Translations under genes and position numbers: made by a program
In this document: in pieces, positions 60,398 to 64,000 of the stretch
Layout of the letters: every line of letters starts with the position of its first letter
Numbering within the stretch: the stretch's first letter is position 1
The notes under the pieces: model-generated
What the model was told of the DNA's origin: nothing
The model's database searches: none
Seen by the model: only the letters and a program-made list of their open reading frames with translations
Source of the DNA: a bacterium
Lineage (GTDB): Bacteria; UBA10199; 2-02-FULL-50-16; JAJFLM01
NCBI GenBank assembly: GCA_965216315.1
Contig: CBDCFN010000016.1
Span: 832,001-896,000 of the forward strand
Direction of reading: 5' to 3'
Length of the DNA stretch: 64,000 nucleotides

Positions 60398-61798
60398 ATG
60401 AGCCGCTCTCTTTACTCACGGATTGTCTTGATCTGGGCTTGGGTTTTCTTGATCGTCGGTTTGCTTTTTTGTCTGATGCCGGTGCGAGTCGGGCAGACCC
60501 TGACAGGTTGGGCTCATCTGATTGGTTTGACCGGGACCATTACGGCGCCGGCCGGAACCCTTTGGCTCGTTCTCTCACTCTCCTTAATGAGTATCATTAC
60601 CTATTGTTCCTTTAGGAGTGCCAAACATCCTCATTGTGTGGGGCCATATCGGGCGCTTTTGGTGGCGAAGTCGGTCAGTACGCTTGGTTTTGCGTGGCTG
60701 GCCATTACGCTGGGGCCGGCCTGGATTATTTGTGCGGTGGGAGATGGTTTTGTCGGCCTTACGCTATGGGCAAGCCATCGGTATAGCTTCCACAATCAAG
60801 GGCTCATTCGGCAAGACTTTGCGCGTCGCTACACGAGACAATCGCCTTTCTATGAAATATGGTTCGGAAAATTTAATATCGCGCCGGGGATCGCGTTTTG
60901 GTTTCGCTATACTTTACTGAATGGGGTGCGCCAAGAGGCCAGTAGCTGGGCCATACTCTTTCGTGACGGCGAGATTGAAGCCGGCAAGGATACAATGGAA
61001 CTTGGACAATTATCTCCGGCCAATCGTATCGTTGTTCCTTATAGCGACGCTCCCGAACGTTTTGGAGCGCATCCCCAAGTCTTTCATTTGGGTGCCAATT
61101 ATTTGGATGCATCGAATGCGCTCGGCAAGGCAGGTAATCTGACCTGGGACCTGGATTTTTTCGATCACGGCCTGAGTTTTAATCATGTTCCTAAGAGCTT
61201 GGCGTGCCTTGGACTTGCAAAAAGCACTTTGGCGAGTTGTTTCCTTGATCTCCGTTTCTCCGGCTATGTCGCCAATCAAGCGGAGGAACTCAGTTTCGAA
61301 GATGTTCCCGGAATGATTGGTCATATCTATGGCAAGCAACAGGCGCGCGAGTGGGCCTGGGCTCATTGCAATATTTTTGACGGTGGTGAAGATGTTGTCT
61401 TTGAAGGCCTGTCGGCGCGGATTCGTGTTGCGGGACGGCTGACACCACCGCTATCGTCATTTGTTCTCTTTGTAGAAGGGCAGCGTTATGCGTTTTCATC
61501 AGTGTGGAAAATTGCCTCGGCTGAATCCGAGTTTGGCGAGGGACGCTGGCGTTTTCGCGCTCAATCGGGGGGAGTCATTTTAGAAGGGGAGCTGGAGGCT
61601 CCTCCAGGGCAAGTAGCGGTCGTGACTTATACCGATACGGATGATTCGCATTTATGGTGCCACAACAGCAAACTCAGCCGCTTGCATTTGCATCTCATCG
61701 ATCCGACACGCAAGATTGATCGCCATTTCGAAGCGGGGGAGACAGCGGCCTTTGAAATTGTCAATCGCCAATCCCCTAAGAGGAGTGTGGTGCTCTAA
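60398..61798 (+). CDS. Membrane protein with tocopherol-cyclase-like beta domain
   Basis: About 4 N-terminal TM segments, then YEIW..FWFRYT...LTWDL...GMIGHIYG..A.EWAWAHCN. Confidence 0.6.
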   Translation: MSRSLYSRIVLIWAWVFLIVGLLFCLMPVRVGQTLTGWAHLIGLTGTITAPAGTLWLVLSLSLMSIITYCSFRSAKHPHCVGPYRALLVAKSVSTLGFAWLAITLGPAWIICAVGDGFVGLTLWASHRYSFHNQGLIRQDFARRYTRQSPFYEIWFGKFNIAPGIAFWFRYTLLNGVRQEASSWAILFRDGEIEAGKDTMELGQLSPANRIVVPYSDAPERFGAHPQVFHLGANYLDASNALGKAGNLTWDLDFFDHGLSFNHVPKSLACLGLAKSTLASCFLDLRFSGYVANQAEELSFEDVPGMIGHIYGKQQAREWAWAHCNIFDGGEDVVFEGLSARIRVAGRLTPPLSSFVLFVEGQRYAFSSVWKIASAESEFGEGRWRFRAQSGGVILEGELEAPPGQVAVVTYTDTDDSHLWCHNSKLSRLHLHLIDPTRKIDRHFEAGETAAFEIVNRQSPKRSVVL

Positions 61799-63627
61799 TG
61801 ATCAAGGCTTTTTGTGTGCGCTGGTTGCAGGCGGCAGGTCTGACCGGTGAAGAAGCCCGCCAGAGAGTTGTCTTCGCGCTTGAGCGGGTGAAGCGTTATC
61901 CCTTTCCAATGTCGTTCTTCTATCGGCTGTGTGTCTTTTTTTTGGAATATTTCGGGCCCATCTTTTCCATCGGAAAATTGAAGCGAGCGAGTAATCTGAA
62001 CGCCTTTGATTTTGAAAAGTTCGAACAAAAATTTCATAATTTTCGTTTTACTTTAATTCGCGGCATTTTTATTTTGGCGCGAGCACCACTATGGGAGCAA
62101 CTGGCTCCCGAACCGCAACCGGAAGCGCGTGCGCCGCATCCACTTGCCGGTAAGCTTTCCGTCCCCGCTAAGGGGGACCGCTTTGATGTCATTATTATTG
62201 GGTCCGGCGCCGGCGGGGCCCCATTGGCTTGGAAGCTCGCGCGTTCGGGCGTCAAAGTTGCCCTCATTGAATCCGGGGGCTTGGTCGTGCCGCAGACAAC
62301 GGCTTATGCCCTTGAGCATTATTATCTCCATCAAACGATGACCTTTTCCATGAAGGGCGGTCTGCTTCCCGTCTTTGCCGGCGATACGATCGGGGGGACG
62401 ACGTCGATTAATTCGGGGACCTGCCTGCGGCCCGATCCCGAGTGTCTCGCTGTCTGGGACAAAAAACTTGGGACATCGTTTGCCGAGGGCCTTCTCGATG
62501 CCTATTTTGACGTTATCGAAGATGTCTTGGGAATAGCGCCGCCGCCGCGGGAGATACTCGGACCATCGGCGTTTAAGTTTGAGGCGGGCTTAAAACAATT
62601 AGGTCGGAATGGCGCTTATGTATTACCTCGTAATGCTCCTGGCTGTGAAGGGTCGGGTCGTTGCTGTTTTATTTGTCCGACGGGTTCCAAGCTGGGCACG
62701 GATCTCGCGTTTTTACCGGATGCTATAGATAACGGGTGCGTGCTTTTCGGTGAAACGCGGGCACTTAAAATTCGTGAGCATGGAGACGGTGTTTGGGTGC
62801 GGGTTGTGCACCGAGGCCGTAAGAAGACACTCGAAGCCAAGAATTTGATTATTGCCGCCGGGGCCTTTGGAGCGACGCGGCTTATTCGCAATAATCGACT
62901 GGGGACTCATTGGCGCCAGGCCGGAAAACATCTGCGCGTTCATCCGGCATCCAAGGTGTTTGCGTATTATTCGGACCCCATCCACGGTGAGCGCGGCGTG
63001 CCGCAGGCGTTGGGTTACCGTGCGCCTGAGTTAGAGCGAGTTGTCTTCGAAGGCATTTTTACGCCCAAGTCGACGGCCGGGCCGGTGCTTTCTTCTGCGG
63101 GGGCTGCCCAAACCTGGTGGTTGGAGCGCTATGATCATCTCGCGAGTTTTGGGCTCATGGTTAGAGAGCGGGGCGAGGGCCGGTTATTCTATATCAAGGA
63201 TTGGCCGGTTATTCGTTATCGTCTGCACAAAAAGGACGTTCGCGATATGATGGCGGGGTTGATCCTCTGTGGGCAGGCCTTCTTGGCCTCCGGAGCCGAG
63301 CGCATTCTCTTGCCACTCATTGGGCATAAAAATGAATACGATGATATCGATGAACTCGGTGAGCTGGACCCCGCGGCCTTTAAGCAATCACACTTGATTA
63401 ACAGTGGTTTTCACCCGCAAGGGACCGCGGCGATGGGAGTGGTTGTGAACAAGAATTTATCACTGAAGGGGACCAATCACATTTACGTCTGCGATGCGTC
63501 CGTGTTGCCGGCGACACCGGGCGTGAATCCGATGGTGACGATCATGGGGCTCGCGCTTTATTTAGCGGATATGTTGCGGGCGAAAGATGAATTTAAGAGT
63601 GCGGTTTCTTGCCGCAAGAAGAATTGA
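61798..63627 (+). CDS. GMC-family oxidoreductase with N-terminal extension
   Basis: GSGAGG, GGTTSINSG, CEGSGRCCFICP, HPQGT, GVNPMVT. Confidence 0.88.
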   Translation: MIKAFCVRWLQAAGLTGEEARQRVVFALERVKRYPFPMSFFYRLCVFFLEYFGPIFSIGKLKRASNLNAFDFEKFEQKFHNFRFTLIRGIFILARAPLWEQLAPEPQPEARAPHPLAGKLSVPAKGDRFDVIIIGSGAGGAPLAWKLARSGVKVALIESGGLVVPQTTAYALEHYYLHQTMTFSMKGGLLPVFAGDTIGGTTSINSGTCLRPDPECLAVWDKKLGTSFAEGLLDAYFDVIEDVLGIAPPPREILGPSAFKFEAGLKQLGRNGAYVLPRNAPGCEGSGRCCFICPTGSKLGTDLAFLPDAIDNGCVLFGETRALKIREHGDGVWVRVVHRGRKKTLEAKNLIIAAGAFGATRLIRNNRLGTHWRQAGKHLRVHPASKVFAYYSDPIHGERGVPQALGYRAPELERVVFEGIFTPKSTAGPVLSSAGAAQTWWLERYDHLASFGLMVRERGEGRLFYIKDWPVIRYRLHKKDVRDMMAGLILCGQAFLASGAERILLPLIGHKNEYDDIDELGELDPAAFKQSHLINSGFHPQGTAAMGVVVNKNLSLKGTNHIYVCDASVLPATPGVNPMVTIMGLALYLADMLRAKDEFKSAVSCRKKN

Positions 63628-63733
63628 CTTCACAGTCCGAACAGTGACCTTTCTTTTTCCAATATGATCGGTAAAGCACCACAGTGACGATACCGAAGAT
63701 GCCGATCAGCCAGAGATAGTCATAAAGGCCCAT
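63593..63733 (-). CDS. FeoB-associated Cys-rich small membrane protein
   Basis: 46 aa: one TM segment then KKKGHCSDCEVNSSC; 7 nt after the feoB stop. Confidence 0.7.
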   Translation of the reverse strand: MGLYDYLWLIGIFGIVTVVLYRSYWKKKGHCSDCEVNSSCGKKPHS

Positions 63734-63740
63734 AACCTGA

Positions 63741-64000
63741 TTATCCTCCCCATCCGAGTAAAGATCCACCCTGATAGACCGCAAAGGCTGCGAGCCAGGC
63801 GAGGGCGGTTTGATAGGCGAAGGCGAGCGCGGGCCACTTCCAGGTGCCGAATTCAGTGCGCATCGCGATCGCGACAACGACGCAGGGCATGTAGAGCAGG
63901 ACAAAGATAAGAAAGGCGTAACTTTGTAATGGAGTGAAGGCGCGGCGGACAGACGATTGCAAGGGGGAGTTATTGGCGTCTGCTTCCGTCGACAGGCTGG
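63741..64000 (-). CDS. feoB: Ferrous iron transporter FeoB, 3' end (partial)
   Basis: Frame is open to the window end; AFLIFVLLYMPC...EFG.WKW...YQ..LAW..AF.VYQ is the FeoB C-terminal pattern. Confidence 0.88.
   Translation of the reverse strand, partial: SLSTEADANNSPLQSSVRRAFTPLQSYAFLIFVLLYMPCVVVAIAMRTEFGTWKWPALAFAYQTALAWLAAFAVYQGGSLLGWGG

Overview
Chromosomal window (about 50-53% GC by eye), probably from a 'deltaproteobacterial' lineage (Bdellovibrionota/Myxococcota-like) as judged from gene order and protein types. The left half is mostly housekeeping: ptsI-ptsH-ptsN-hpf-rpoN-pyrG, purBCSQLF, AtoE, tatB/C, DsbA, a 3-gene acyl-CoA carboxylase, tyrS-ymdB-5-FTHF cyclo-ligase-6S RNA-zapA-rnr. 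The middle holds tRNA-Leu(CAG), a frameshifted RND transporter, NfuA, an RNase Z-like gene, MoxR/VWA, an AT-rich HTH+orphan islet and rph. The right half holds a redox cluster (System II cytochrome c maturation, two tandem octaheme HAO-family cytochromes, a tetraheme cytochrome, NrfC/NrfD-like proteins, an AlgE-like porin), then a block of GMC/ThDP/isoprenoid-kinase/tocopherol-cyclase-like genes and the 3' end of feoB. Most notable: (1) a fixed-spacing promoter-like motif CAACN-N13-NYCGAW (sigma-28-like -10, non-canonical -35) at six sites, four in front of scattered orphan or degenerate-kinase genes; (2) the tandem HAO-NrfCD module; (3) absence of the kdsA..lptB block and of rny from their usual positions, plus an RNase R that appears to lack its cold-shock domains. 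No CRISPR array, rRNA, transposase or integrase was seen. All family calls come from motifs recognised by eye; no database search was run.
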